This document shows positions 22,334 to 33,625 of a DNA stretch of 64,000 bases, in pieces. The notes beneath the pieces were generated by a model. It searched no databases. It was given only the letters and a program-made list of their open reading frames with translations, and was not told the origin of the DNA. Numbering within the stretch: position 1 is the first letter of the stretch; the number at the start of each line of letters is the position of its first letter. Source of the stretch: Diplonema japonicum (lineage: Eukaryota > Protista > Euglenozoa: Diplonemea); the NCBI GenBank assembly GCA_964019335.1, contig OZ025713.1, positions 434,001 to 498,000 of the forward strand. The letters run 5' to 3'. Both the position numbers and the translations under genes were made by a program.

Positions 22334-25079
22334 TGCGGTCAAACCTTACATCCTTCGAGTCTTGTGGTCTCAATGGTGCAGGTTCTTTGCCTCCGTGGTC
22401 TCACCATCTGGTGTCACGGACCAGGTTTTTTCGCCCCCCATCAACCTGCACACCAACAGCGGGGAAGGTCGCCTGGGCCTGGAATGCGGCTGGGCCGTCA
22501 TAAACTGGTTGGCGGACTATGCTGGTGTGGACCGCATCCCCTTCTCTACAATGCAGGAGATCCAGGAGATGTACCACGGCTTCTCACGACTCATCTCCCC
22601 TTCCAGCACTGATGAAGCGCCCGATCCTCTTGGCAACTTTTCCCGCTCGACCTTGTCACGTGCTTGCCTCATGGTCGTTGGTGCAAACTTGGAGGTCTTC
22701 CGTGCGGGCATGAAAGAAAGCCCCTGCTTGATCGTTGGTCCCTTGAAACGAAGTCTCAGCGGCCACTGGTTCATCGCTCTCAGGAAGAAGGGAAGGTACA
22801 TGGTCAAAGACACTGACGTACGGCTAAGGCTCCAGAGCTTCAAACACATCTGCGCGACATACTCCGAACACAACATCCTCTGCATCCCAGACGATGTGTG
22901 GGCCAGGACAACCCCAGGCAGGAAACACAACACACGTGTTCTAGACCCTGAGGCTGAGTTGCGCCAGTTTGAGCCGGTCATCACCCCGGCGGCACCCCAG
23001 GTAAGCGACTCGAGCGCGCGAAAGACTGAGACCGCTCTCAACACCCTGGAAGATCACACCCTCCTAACTTATGTCACCCTAGCTGCAGCTATAGCTACAT
23101 ATGCCGCACGCACCCGACGGCTCGACACAGGAGTCGCCGCATCAGGTGTGGATGCGCACACCGCTCACTTCGGGCGGCCCGTCGCCACCGCCATCATAGC
23201 CCTAGCTGCCGCCGTGGCCGCGCGAGCCGTGCACACCGGATGCTCTGTCACCACCACGTCTACGGCAAGCCAGACTAACGTGGTCGGAACTGTCCCGCTC
23301 TTCCTGAAGGTCTCGAGTCTGCACAAGTCTACACCACAGACAGCAGTCGCAACCTGTCAGACGGACCGTGTCACAGCACCTGTACTGTTCTCGATATCAT
23401 CGACGCTCCAGACGGATCCTCCCAGCAGTAGACTGCCCCCGATGGACGCCGGACTGGGGTCGCCCTCGGCCGCGGCGGTCAGACTTACGAAGTCTGTCGA
23501 AATTCCGACGCCCCGCGCGACCCTGTCGAGGCGGCCGGTTACTGAGCCTCGGTTGACACCATGCCTTCCACCGCCAATGGACGTGTCATCCACCCAGCTC
23601 GCGGCCTGCACTCAGTCCACCCGTCGGGACACCGGACACGGGAGTGACACACCGATGCCGTCGTCTACCATGGGACACGCGACACTCCAACCAGTGGTCG
23701 GCTCCCAGATTGTGACAACGTCGGCTGTGGAGTCATCGCTCGCCCGAGCCGTGACAACGCCCGTTCTGGCAGACGCCCCCCTCGGCGCCCGCCAGGTACA
23801 GCTCACTCCTTGCATCCAGTCCGTCCATGAGAACATCGGACTCGGGATGGATACGCCGATAGCTCCCGCCATGGGACACGCGACGCTTCAACCGGTGGTC
23901 AACGCCCAGAGAGACACGACGCTGACCCTGGAGCCGCCCGTGGCCCGAGCCGAGGCAGACGCTCCCCTAGACCCTCACCAGGCGGATGGTGGTTTAGAAA
24001 TGATCGACCTCACGCAGGACTCCCCGGACAGACCCTCGCGCAAGAAGAAGCACGACGGCACTGCTTACGAGCACGAAAGCCGTCGTGGTAAGAGTTCCTC
24101 CACAGGCGATGGGGATCTTCTCATCCTGCGCGAGCAGTCACAGGGTTTTGATCAGGAAGCCCTCAACCGAAGGGCCCTCCAGAGACGGATGGATCGATAC
24201 CTCAGTCTCTTGGTCTACTTCCGGCGACACCCGGAGCTCTTGGACGAACACCAGCGTCAGCTCCTGTCGGTCGGTCCCCTCCCGATGCACCTGGACACCT
24301 CTCCACATCAACTGCTGCTCGAGGCCCGTGACACGGATAGAACTGCCGACCAACAGGCAACCGTCGCCAACCAGGAACAGCTTCTTCTGATTGCGCACAA
24401 GGCGTTGCCTACCACCGAACGTCTTCGGTTGTCTCACGAATGGCACTCGGGGCTGAACACCGCGGTACAGCAACAGTGGTGGTCGGAGTTCTTCGCCCAA
24501 GGCGGCTGGAAACACCCACTCTTCGGTTCCGAGGCCCCAAGAGGTGACGAGACTAGGACTCCAGGGAGGACCCCTCTCCTGCTCACCTACAACGGGCAGA
24601 GGAACAAATGCCCGGAACCCGAAGACGGCCCCGCCCTTCCCGCGGCCAAACGGGATCTCGCCGCGACGAGGCCGAACACCAGAGTCACTGGACTTGTCGC
24701 CCTTAAGAGGCTCACCAGGGAAGCAGATGTCGACGGCCCTGAGGACCTGGATGAGCTTCGACACCTGGGCTTCCTTTCCCAGGGCGAGGCCGTCTTTGAC
24801 CTCAGCTGCATGTCCAGGGCTTGCACACACTTCCTGGGTGAGACCCCCATGATCACGGTCCCCCTCGACACACGCGTCGCGATCCCGTGTCTGCTGGTCT
24901 GTTATGACTCGACGTGGCTCTACGCTTCCCGCCAGGAACAGGGCTTTCGGTTGCAGACCCAAGGGTTCAAGGACAAGTCGTATCCGACTGTGGCAGCCCT
25001 ACTCGCTGACTTCGTGGGGGCAGGGACCCTCTACTACAGCGAGTCACAGTGGTCGACTGTGCTGAACTCCTACAACTAA
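22302..25079 (+). CDS. Large ORF with a Josephin-like cysteine protease domain, a T/P/A-rich repetitive linker and a second degenerate protease-like domain; possibly retroelement-derived
   Basis: ECGWAVINWL...GHWFIALRKKGRYMVKD (C96/H189/D204 of the 959-aa frame); C-terminal SRAC..PCLLV..TWLYASR mirrors the first domain. True start uncertain. Confidence 0.6.
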   Translation: MLIFAGKCSFDAVKPYILRVLWSQWCRFFASVVSPSGVTDQVFSPPINLHTNSGEGRLGLECGWAVINWLADYAGVDRIPFSTMQEIQEMYHGFSRLISPSSTDEAPDPLGNFSRSTLSRACLMVVGANLEVFRAGMKESPCLIVGPLKRSLSGHWFIALRKKGRYMVKDTDVRLRLQSFKHICATYSEHNILCIPDDVWARTTPGRKHNTRVLDPEAELRQFEPVITPAAPQVSDSSARKTETALNTLEDHTLLTYVTLAAAIATYAARTRRLDTGVAASGVDAHTAHFGRPVATAIIALAAAVAARAVHTGCSVTTTSTASQTNVVGTVPLFLKVSSLHKSTPQTAVATCQTDRVTAPVLFSISSTLQTDPPSSRLPPMDAGLGSPSAAAVRLTKSVEIPTPRATLSRRPVTEPRLTPCLPPPMDVSSTQLAACTQSTRRDTGHGSDTPMPSSTMGHATLQPVVGSQIVTTSAVESSLARAVTTPVLADAPLGARQVQLTPCIQSVHENIGLGMDTPIAPAMGHATLQPVVNAQRDTTLTLEPPVARAEADAPLDPHQADGGLEMIDLTQDSPDRPSRKKKHDGTAYEHESRRGKSSSTGDGDLLILREQSQGFDQEALNRRALQRRMDRYLSLLVYFRRHPELLDEHQRQLLSVGPLPMHLDTSPHQLLLEARDTDRTADQQATVANQEQLLLIAHKALPTTERLRLSHEWHSGLNTAVQQQWWSEFFAQGGWKHPLFGSEAPRGDETRTPGRTPLLLTYNGQRNKCPEPEDGPALPAAKRDLAATRPNTRVTGLVALKRLTREADVDGPEDLDELRHLGFLSQGEAVFDLSCMSRACTHFLGETPMITVPLDTRVAIPCLLVCYDSTWLYASRQEQGFRLQTQGFKDKSYPTVAALLADFVGAGTLYYSESQWSTVLNSYN

Positions 25080-25084
25080 TTTGG

Positions 25085-25116
<32 letters not shown>

Positions 25117-27170
25117 TTTTTTTTTGTGCATTTACCGTGAAAGTACAATGCATAAAGGGAAACTCAAGACCAGTGTTGAAGAAATGGATCATTATGCCTA
25201 AAGCTCTCCCTGGTGCTTCGTACCTCAACTCTGCGAAACAAACTGCGGATATGTATCCCTACTAGTCACTTTCTGTGTCCCCCTGCATACGTATTTTAGC
25301 TATGTGTAGACACTGCTGTGTACATAAACAACATGCTTGTCTGTCTCGTCGTCACTCGGGTCCTCTTCACAGTGCGATGCTTGAGTGCACGTTTCGTATG
25401 GACAGCCAGCTGTCCGTCTTCCTTTTTCCGTTAAAAAAAAAAAGAGACATTTAAGGGTACCTGCGGTATGTGGCAGGACGCCTGAAGAGTCTCAATCTAT
25501 CTCTTGATCGAACCTTTCTGCTGTGGTGTGGCCTTCGGCCCCTCGTTCGCCCTCCTCGGTACCTTAGGTATAAAACCCTCAACCGAGTTGGTAAGGACAC
25601 AATAGTTGTACAGTTGTTTCTCAAGGATGTGGTGGGTCGCCGGGGAGGCGAATACCGGTCTAGAGGAGTAGCCCCTTATGGAGCCGTTGTAGTAACCCAA
25701 CGTGCGTAGGGAGTGGACAGAGGCTACCGAAGCAGCTGGAATGAGGGGCGCTATGCGCTTATTGGTGTGGATGCGTTCTAGTGCCGCTATCACCCGGCCT
25801 ATGACACGCACGCTCTCCTGGATGTCCTCACCCTCTCCACAAGGCGAGAGTCCCTCTGTGGCAATGAAGTCCACGGCCAGCTCAAGCTGGAGACCTGTCC
25901 ACCTGTTGTGCCCCAGTGAAGGGCCGAGAGCCATCGGATGACGTGCGGGAATAGCCGCGGGAGGTACTGTTGCCTCAAACCGTTGTCGTAGTACCACCTC
26001 AGTGACCGCGGCTTGAGCAAACTCCCCTTCTCGAAGGGCCTGTCACAAGTGAACACTGAAGTCCACTGTCTTCTTTCGTGCAAAGGCGAGTTGCAAGTTA
26101 CCAGTAATCTCCGCCATCATTAGCTGTAACTCAGCTGTTTCCAGCACGAGTCCCCCCGTCGCAATGCCATGCAGTTGTGTGCACTGGGGCCACTGGTTAC
26201 GTTGTGCGCATAGTGCCGCCCGCTTCTCGGATGCTGTCCTGATGTGCTCGTGTGCCTGACAGTCCCAGAGGGTGTGCTCCAGGAGCCTTGATGTGTGTTG
26301 CGAAACGTTGAAAGTAGCATCGCATCCCATGCATTTCGTCCGCCCCCCGACCGTGTCATTGATGACCTTGGGGTGGAATGGGAAAACGGCCCCCACTATC
26401 ACCTGTAGCACCCTTCGAGCTTCGGGCGGATTGCGAGTCGCCAGGTGTAAGTGTAGCCCGTTGGTGGCCTTCTCGTCGATGTTGCCCGTCCCCTGAAAGG
26501 AGGGTCTGCTCTCTTCTAGGGCCGTTCGCAGGTGGGCCTTCAGGAGCTTCCTGACCTCGTGCTTCAGGGCCCTTGGCTCCAGGGGTACCCATTGCCACGC
26601 AAACTGTGCCCAGCTGTACCCCAGTTCCCCCAACAGTTCGTGGGTCTGTCCGAGCATCCCGCAAGGGCCGAGGGGGCTCCCGCCCCGGGCGGCTTCCTTG
26701 TACTTGTCCCTGCACGTCTTAACGAGTGCCCTGGACCCTTCGTCGCTCTGCATCATTCGCGCAAACGTCGTGATTCTGCGGTATGCGGCTGCTGAATAAG
26801 GGTCCAGCCTGTGACCTTTGAAAGCCACCCCAAGGAGGGCTCCCGATGAGCGAGTCGGGTTGTGTGGGCCCCATATGGGAGAGGTAATTTTCTTCCTGAG
26901 GGAGTCCAGAAGCGAGTCCGTGGGCGGTGTGTAGAGCACTCCATAGAGCGCCGCTGGGAGGATGCAGTCCTCTATCAGTAGAGCCTTACGCGATCTCGTG
27001 ATGTGGGTTACCGCGAGCCTGTCGACCGCATCCAGCGCCGTGGCAAACCTAGTGTTCTTCGTTTGGGTGGGCTGCAAGCACACTGTGCACCCCAGCATAG
27101 TAATGCTTTTCACTGTTTCAAATACGGTGTCCCTCATTGCCAGCTTGCCTCTGTATCCCTTCTTTTCCCC
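25085..27170 (-). mobile_element. 5'-truncated, frameshifted non-LTR retrotransposon 3' fragment with poly(A) tail
   Basis: Post-RT region (ITMLGC, ILPAALYG), zinc knuckle CMGC...EHTLWDC, C-terminal WLSALHW/LELAVDF region, and a T-tract at 25085-25125 on + as the tail. Confidence 0.75.
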
Positions 27171-27455
27171 GGGTCTAAAAAAAAGCAAGTAAAAGAAAAG
27201 AAAGAATAAGATATTTGTACACACCTGAGCACCTTCCCATACATGAAGTAAAATGCCTGTTGGACCCTCAAAAAAAAAAAAATAGCCAAATCGCCTTTTT
27301 CTAGTTTGGCATCGTCATCAGACTGATACTAAAATTCTTCATTCTTTTTTTTTTATTATTATCTCCCCCCCTCTTTTTTTTTTTCTCAGAGAAGTTGTAA
27401 TCGTTTCATATTATATAATCCCCCCTAAACCCCTACCGACCCCTTACCCCAGGTT

Positions 27456-29447
27456 TCACACATAAACTCCACCTACTGAACATCCTATGTTTTTCCCTCT
27501 TGTGAAGGTGTCGGCTTTCTGATGCTTGGAGGGCACCCATTTTATCGTGAGCCTGGTATTGGCGACTTCAAGCAGGCGGGTTATTGACTGCATAATGTAA
27601 TCCACTGGTTGGTGCACCACCGATTTAGTACCGCGGATGAGCTTGACGACTGACATGTTGTCTACTCGGAGGGTGATGGCCCTTGGGTTGCAGGTGCGTA
27701 TAGCAAAGATGATGCCCTCCCTTGCAGCGAGCAATTCCTTCAAGAAGATGTCACTAGACTCGGATAGCAGCTGGGAGAAGGTCCCTTGTGCCACATGGGG
27801 CTTCGGCAACTCGAGCAGTACTCCCCAGCCCAAGTGAGAGGCATCCGTCCACACCTCCAGTTCATCGGGATGCCTCTCTACCTCCGTCATCGGCTCGTCC
27901 TGGATATCTTGCAGCACTGACATAGCAGTCAAGGTCAGTTGCTCATATTCTTCTGCTGTCAGCCTTCTCTGCACGGGAGGTGTTTTTTTCTTTTTTGTTG
28001 GTGGTACTTTTGCAGTGGCATATTCCACTACAAAGGATACTACGTCTGGCGAAAAATTTAGCAGAGCGTTTTTCACAGATTGCACGTCATTGTTTGTAAA
28101 GACCTTCCGTGTTACGTCATCTTTCTTTGACTTGTTCTGAACTTGGTTACCAGCTTGTCCATCAGTTTTCGCCAGTATTTGCAGCTTCCTCAGAGATCGG
28201 ATTTGAGCTTTTGGCAGAGCTTTCTGAGAGCTCAGGCTTTGTTTTTTTTTAGGCTTCAAACTCAGAACTTCGAGTCGTTTATCCAGAATATATTTAACAG
28301 TGTTTGCCTGGTCCCTAAGAGCTGCTTGTTCCTTCGGTTTAGGTTCTTCTTGGGCTTGCTGTTGTTCCAGATCTGTTGCCTGTTGCATTGCAGCTTTTTT
28401 CAGGGTATTCCTCAAATATTTTTCAGTGGTTCGTTGTGCTTTCTTCAGAGATAGCTGTTTCTTCTGAGTTGCCCGTTTCTTCAGAGCTGCCTGTTTCTTC
28501 AGAGCTGCCTGTTTCTTCTGCGTTGCCTGTTTCTTCTGAGTTGCCCGTTTCTTCTGAGCTTTTGACTGTTTTAATTTAGCTACTTTCTTCCGCAGAGCTT
28601 TTGCTGCAGTCTTCGCGGCTTGTTGTTTTTTAGCTTGTTTCTGTAATTTCAGAGCTTTTGCCTGTTTCTGCTTAATTAGAGCTTTCTTTTGTTTCTGTGT
28701 CATTGTGGCTTGTTTCTGTGATTTCTTCTGAGCTTTTGCCTGTTTCTGCTTAATTAGAGCTTTCTTTTGTTTCTGTGTCTTTGCGGCTTGTTTCTGTGAT
28801 TTCTTCTGAGCTTTTGCCTGTTTCTTCATTTCAGCTTTTTTCCGAGTTTGCAGTTCCTCAAGTCGTTTTTTAGCTTCTGCCCGTTTCTTCAGGGCTCGAC
28901 TTTCTTGTTTATTCAGAACTTGCGCCTGTTTCTTCCGGGCTTGTCCTTCAGTGTCTTCTAGTACGTTCAGTTGTTCTTTTGGAGCTTTTTTTCGGGCTTG
29001 TTGTTGGTTTGTCTGTTGCCTAGCTTTTTCCAGGGCTTGCTGGTTCTCCGTGGCTTTTGCTAACTGCCGTACTTCTTGTGCTATGGCCTGCGCCCGATCA
29101 GTTCTCTTTTGAGCCACACTTTCAGCTGACACAACTTGTTTCCGTAGTTCAGTCGGATTTGTTTGATCATTTTCTTTCCGTTTTCCAGCCATCACCGGCA
29201 CTTGGTACACAACGTGCCTCTTTAGAGGTTGTTGTGCAACTTTTGCCAGTGCATCTTGCAGAGATAGGTTTCCAACTTTCGCCTTCTTTGGAGCTCCTTC
29301 AAGGTGCTTGGACAGCCGGGGTTGTAGACTATGAGTCACTTTTAATGACTCAGCCCTCGTGACCATAGCCGGTTGCTGTTGTTGTACAGGAACCTCAGGT
29401 GCCATCGGGGGCCGCCTGGGAACACATCGAAGGATCACCCGTGCCAT
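27456..29447 (-). CDS. Lys/Gln/Ala-rich (histone H1-like) protein with C-terminal DIRS/VIPER-type RNase H domain, catalytic residues intact
   Basis: WTDASHLGWG, FLKELLAA, LRVDN, WVPSKHQKAD (D-E-D-D); 26-aa and 6-aa K/Q/A repeats; CACAG shortly upstream of the ATG at 29447. Confidence 0.8.
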   Translation of the reverse strand: MARVILRCVPRRPPMAPEVPVQQQQPAMVTRAESLKVTHSLQPRLSKHLEGAPKKAKVGNLSLQDALAKVAQQPLKRHVVYQVPVMAGKRKENDQTNPTELRKQVVSAESVAQKRTDRAQAIAQEVRQLAKATENQQALEKARQQTNQQQARKKAPKEQLNVLEDTEGQARKKQAQVLNKQESRALKKRAEAKKRLEELQTRKKAEMKKQAKAQKKSQKQAAKTQKQKKALIKQKQAKAQKKSQKQATMTQKQKKALIKQKQAKALKLQKQAKKQQAAKTAAKALRKKVAKLKQSKAQKKRATQKKQATQKKQAALKKQAALKKRATQKKQLSLKKAQRTTEKYLRNTLKKAAMQQATDLEQQQAQEEPKPKEQAALRDQANTVKYILDKRLEVLSLKPKKKQSLSSQKALPKAQIRSLRKLQILAKTDGQAGNQVQNKSKKDDVTRKVFTNNDVQSVKNALLNFSPDVVSFVVEYATAKVPPTKKKKTPPVQRRLTAEEYEQLTLTAMSVLQDIQDEPMTEVERHPDELEVWTDASHLGWGVLLELPKPHVAQGTFSQLLSESSDIFLKELLAAREGIIFAIRTCNPRAITLRVDNMSVVKLIRGTKSVVHQPVDYIMQSITRLLEVANTRLTIKWVPSKHQKADTFTRGKNIGCSVGGVYV

Positions 29448-29754
29448 CTTGGTAGTCCTGTGAATGTGAATAGGCTTTGACAAGTGCTGAATGAAATATG
29501 GCAATTAGCATACTGCACTTGGTTTGACCTGCTCCATGGAAACAAAGCAGATTCCCGTTTGCTGAGGGCATGTGTCTGAGGTATGGTTCGAAGGTGTTCG
29601 AGGCAAGAGGCAGAATAAAGACAAATAAGATGGAAGATACTAAAAGTGAAGGGCAAAAGAGGAAGAAAAAAGGCCTAAAGTGAAAGAAAGAGATAACCCA
29701 GGGGAGGATTCCTGGACACCCACACCCAACTCATTTACTTCACTTAACTTCACT

Positions 29755-30672
29755 TCACTTCACCACTTCCGTCGAATCAGTTAAAGTGCTCAATCGCTGC
29801 TTGAAGGGGGGCATCCACTCCACCGTAAGGTCGGTATCGTTGATGCTCAACATGTGAAATATACTCTTTATTATAAGGTTCGCCAGTTTGCTGTGTGCAG
29901 AACCCCTGCGAATGTCAGTGATGGCAGCCGCACCTGGGATGAAGAGGGTGATGGCCTTCGGGTGGTGGGCACGTATAGCAAAAGCAATACTCTCCTTTGC
30001 AGCAAGTAGTTCCTTTACATAAATATCATCTGACTCAGAGAGTAGGCCTGAGAACTTCCCTTGTACCACACGGGGCTTGTGTGCTTCGTGTCCAGGCAGC
30101 TCAAGCACCGTCTCCCAGCTGTTCAAACGAGTATGTGTCCACACCACTGCCAGCCTTGTGCCAGTAACGTTCAACTGTGTCACTTGCTTACCACGTCGAA
30201 GCATTACTAGAGCGGATTTTGCCTTGTGAGCCAGCTCTTTGTACTCGTGTTTTTTTAGCTTTCTGAAGCCTTGTTTCTTCTTTAATCGTGGCCAAGCCTT
30301 TCTAGCGTTCAGGGAACCGGGTTTTAAATTGTAACACCGCAGCACATGCCAGGTTGGCATGAGCCTCCTGTAGCCCCGCCCACTCTGTGGCCGTACCCCA
30401 ACAACAAGCTGCTGCAGGCGCCGTTTCCATGCCCTCTTCGGGGCCTTTTTTCCCTTCATGAACAGCATGGTGACTGGGTGCTCAGACAGTGGTCGGGAGC
30501 GGGTGCGGCGGTATGCACGGAGCCTAGCTACACGTAGGGTGTCCACATTGAGAAGGGGTGTGGACGCGGTTTCAGGTGCAGCTGCATCCCGCTCCTCCAG
30601 AGCAAGAGGAGGCTCGGGTTCAATGGCCTTTGGCTTTCTAGGTAACCGCCTTGTCGAAAGGTATCGAAGCAT
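29755..30672 (-). CDS. Basic protein with a paralogous, catalytically dead RNase H domain
   Basis: VWTHTRLNSWETVLELP..QGKFSGLLSESDDIYVKELLAAKESIAFAIR aligns with the neighbour, but three Asp are lost (H, G, S); N-terminus MLRYLSTRRL. Confidence 0.75.
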   Translation of the reverse strand: MLRYLSTRRLPRKPKAIEPEPPLALEERDAAAPETASTPLLNVDTLRVARLRAYRRTRSRPLSEHPVTMLFMKGKKAPKRAWKRRLQQLVVGVRPQSGRGYRRLMPTWHVLRCYNLKPGSLNARKAWPRLKKKQGFRKLKKHEYKELAHKAKSALVMLRRGKQVTQLNVTGTRLAVVWTHTRLNSWETVLELPGHEAHKPRVVQGKFSGLLSESDDIYVKELLAAKESIAFAIRAHHPKAITLFIPGAAAITDIRRGSAHSKLANLIIKSIFHMLSINDTDLTVEWMPPFKQRLSTLTDSTEVVK

Positions 30673-30819
30673 AACTCTTGTCAGCTTGGGGCATCCTGTC
30701 AGGTTGTGAATACGTTTTACACAAGAGAGTAAAGGGAGGGTTTCACCCAAAGTCAGATTGTAGTAAAATCAAAGCAGCGTTTTTAGGGGATAAGAAATAA
30801 TATGAGAAAATATAAGAGC

Positions 30820-31005
30820 TAAAAGAAGCTGGTGTTGGTGGTGCCCTACACAAAACTGTCTGCTTGATTACAGTGGGCACACTGCAGCCGAGTTGTAGCT
30901 TCTTCTATGTTCTGCACTGTGTCCTTAATGCATGCAGTGTAAGTTCAACCCCAGCTACCCAGGTCGACCCAGGTAACCAAGATTCGGCACTTGTGCAGTT
31001 TACTC
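30820..31005 (+). repeat. Dispersed repeat family member (also 40803-40925, 41060-41300 and inverted at 5285/13407)
   Basis: Shared GAGTTGTAGCTTCTTCT...CCTTAATG...CAACCCCAGC...CCAGGTAACCAAGATTC. Confidence 0.8.
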
Positions 31006-31174
31006 TGTATGTGTGAAAAAAAAAAAAAAAAAAAAAAAAAAAAGTGGGGATTGGTTTTTTTACACAGATTAACAAAAAAAAGGGGGGGGTTAAAACCCAA
31101 CTCACAGCCTTCACGTGGCACCTCCTGTAAGTAAGCTTTGGCTGAAACCAATGTGAGCTATGGTAAACAAAAAA

Positions 31175-31235
<61 letters not shown>
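31175..31235 (+). repeat. (AAT)n microsatellite, ~20 units
   Basis: Directly visible. Confidence 0.95.
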
Positions 31236-31236
<1 letters not shown>

Positions 31237-31494
31237 ACAAGGGTGAGAGGGTAGGTTTTAAATGATGAGAAGAGTTAACAGAAGGAAGCCAAAGAGAGCA
31301 GTAGTGAAAAAGTGAATTGACAAGGGGGGAAAGAGGGAGGAGAAGCAGACGAAAGGGAAAAGAAACATGCAAGAGTGACACGGGGGTAGGGAACAAGCCC
31401 TCCAAGCCAATCCCAAAGCATGGAATAACCCTACACTGCAGATCCAAGCTTGAGTACCACCCAACATCAACACTTAGGCACTGCCAAGGCAGAC

Positions 31495-31625
31495 CAGGTG
31501 TTGGTCAGTCCCATCCCATCCCCTAAAACGGAATACAGGCCTGGATGGGAGGACTCGATGGGACTCATGGGACTCTCCCCAACACTGTCATTATTTTTGA
31601 TTTATTTAAAAAAAGATAGTTTTGC

Positions 31626-31660
<35 letters not shown>

Positions 31661-31935
31661 CCCTTTGGAAAAAAAAAAAAAAAATGGGGGAAAAAAAAAA
31701 GAGAAAAAAATCCTTGATTTTTTTTGACATACATGATGTGCTTACCTTTTTTTTTTTTTTTTCCTTCTTTTTTTCTTGTCTTCTCACATTTTTTCGCACA
31801 CCTAAGCCAAGCTGTTGTTTCTGCTTTCCACATCAAATGTTGTATTTGGATGTAATAGAAAAGAGGGGAAATAATAAATAATATGTACAAGAGGAGGGTG
31901 TGTATGTTTATACAACCTGTGTAAACAGACTGGTT
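31495..31935 (+). mobile_element. Degenerate copy of the hAT internal non-coding region (matches 36073-36300 and 36555-36660)
   Basis: Shared GTGTTGGTCAGTCCC..CCTAAAACGGAATACAGGCCTGGA..CCCCAACACTGTCATTATTTTTGAT and TTTGGATGTAATAGAAAAG..TATGTACAAGAGGAGGGTGTGT. Confidence 0.8.
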
Positions 31936-32452
31936 TCTTGCTTTCAGCACTGCGCCCCTAATGTTCAATGTACAGCTCAACCCCTGCATCACACCCATAT
32001 GCCTGTTTGTTGCACATATTTTCATGTTATCCCCACCCCACCTGAAAATAATATATAGGATCTCAGCAGCCACCACCACGTGTGTGCACCCACCAACCTC
32101 AGTCCATCACACATTTCTTTTCGCTGTCAAAAGGTATGTACCCCTTGTTGGGTAAAGGGGTTGGCGATTAAGGGTGTTGCTTGGGTTCTCGGGTGGGTCA
32201 TCTCACGATTCTTGTTCATAACGAACTCATCTTTCGCCTTTTACTAAAGATGACCGTGGACATGGATCACTAAGTGATAACGTAATTTTTATAAAGGTCC
32301 AGCACCTTTCTTTTTTTTTTTGCACAGAAGACACCTTCACCTTAAGTAAGGAGAGGAATGTGTTAACCCTTCACGAACGCCTCGTGGCTGTACCCCCGGG
32401 TTCCCCTGTCGGCATCTTTTCTTTTCCTTTTTTATTCTCGAGGGGGGTGAGG

Positions 32453-33625
32453 ATATTTGTACCGCACACTGTGTTTCAAAAGTAAATAGCGATTTGAAAA
32501 CTAAAAGGTGAAAAAACAACAAGGTGTGCTGATGCACGCTCAGCCCGCCTCTTCGCACGTCCCAGAGCACATTCCTCTCCTTGTCATGTCCTCGTTGAAT
32601 AATCGAAGATTACTAATCGTGTTATTGTGTTTAAGACAGACATTCGGGTACATATCCATCTTATACTGGATTCTAAGGTTTTCGGGGGTGAGAAACTGAA
32701 CAAGGTTTCGACTTTAGACAACAAGGGAAATCTCCTACCCCAAAAAGCAAAAATGGATCACTCAAGGCTATTCGAGATAAAAAATTAAAAAAAAAAAGAA
32801 AGATAAAAATAGAAAAAAGAAGCTCCCAAGAAGGGCAGTTAAAGCGCAGCACTCGGCACGGTTCTGGGCTTCCCCTTGCGGTAGCTGCACACAGACTGTC
32901 GCTGTGAGGTGGCCTTGATTGCTTAACCAATGGAAACTAGCGAGATTTTTTTTCTTTTTTTCTTTTTTAAACCAATGGGGGCGGGGTGGGGCGATTTTTT
33001 TCTATGTAAGGTACAACAGAAAACAAAGGAAAGCTGTTCCAAATAGCTCAGGAACACTGCGTTGCGGTCAGGAATTAACCTTTTAAGGTTCCTGCATGAC
33101 TGCAGCACAACGAGTATCCCGGTTCTATTCTAGTTGCAGCAAGAGCAAACTACCGTCAATCTTGAACTTGCTAGGGGGTCAAACGATTGGGCTACTTTAA
33201 AGCGATGGTTGCAAAGCGGCTTTACTGTTTTTGTTTTTTAAAAAGCTTCATGAAGGGTGGTGGACATTCTGACACAGGTGAACCTGGCAACCCCGTAGGG
33301 TTCCTTCATAGGTCTTTGCCGTGAGGTGGCTGTCTTCTGTTTTATGAGATCGACATTAAGCGAGATAAAAAGTTATTTTTTTTAAATTTAAGTGCAGGGC
33401 AAAATAGCAGGGAATACTGCATGGCACCACAGGGAATCAAACAGCCATGTATCTGTTCTTATCTTATATCTGATACAGCACCTCGTTATTTGTACCACGC
33501 GCACTGTGTTTTGAAATAAGATAAATAAGGTTTTGAAAACTAAAAAGGGTGTAAAAACAGCAAAGTGTGCTGATGCACGCTCACAGTGCGTCATCCGCCC
33601 ACCTCTTCGCACGTTCCAGAGCACA
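32453..33625 (+). repeat. Diverged direct repeat pair, ~120-140 bp (32453-32572 and 33488-33625)
   Basis: TATTTGTACC..CACTGTGTTT..TTTGAAAACTAAAAGG..GTGTGCTGATGCACGCTCA..CCTCTTCGCACGT.CCAGAGCACAT in both. Confidence 0.8.

Noticed and set aside
22302-27170. Josephin ORF and LINE fragment as one 5'-inverted (twin-primed) insertion
   Set aside because: The ORF lies beyond the LINE poly(A) tail rather than at its 5' side, and no shared TSD was found.
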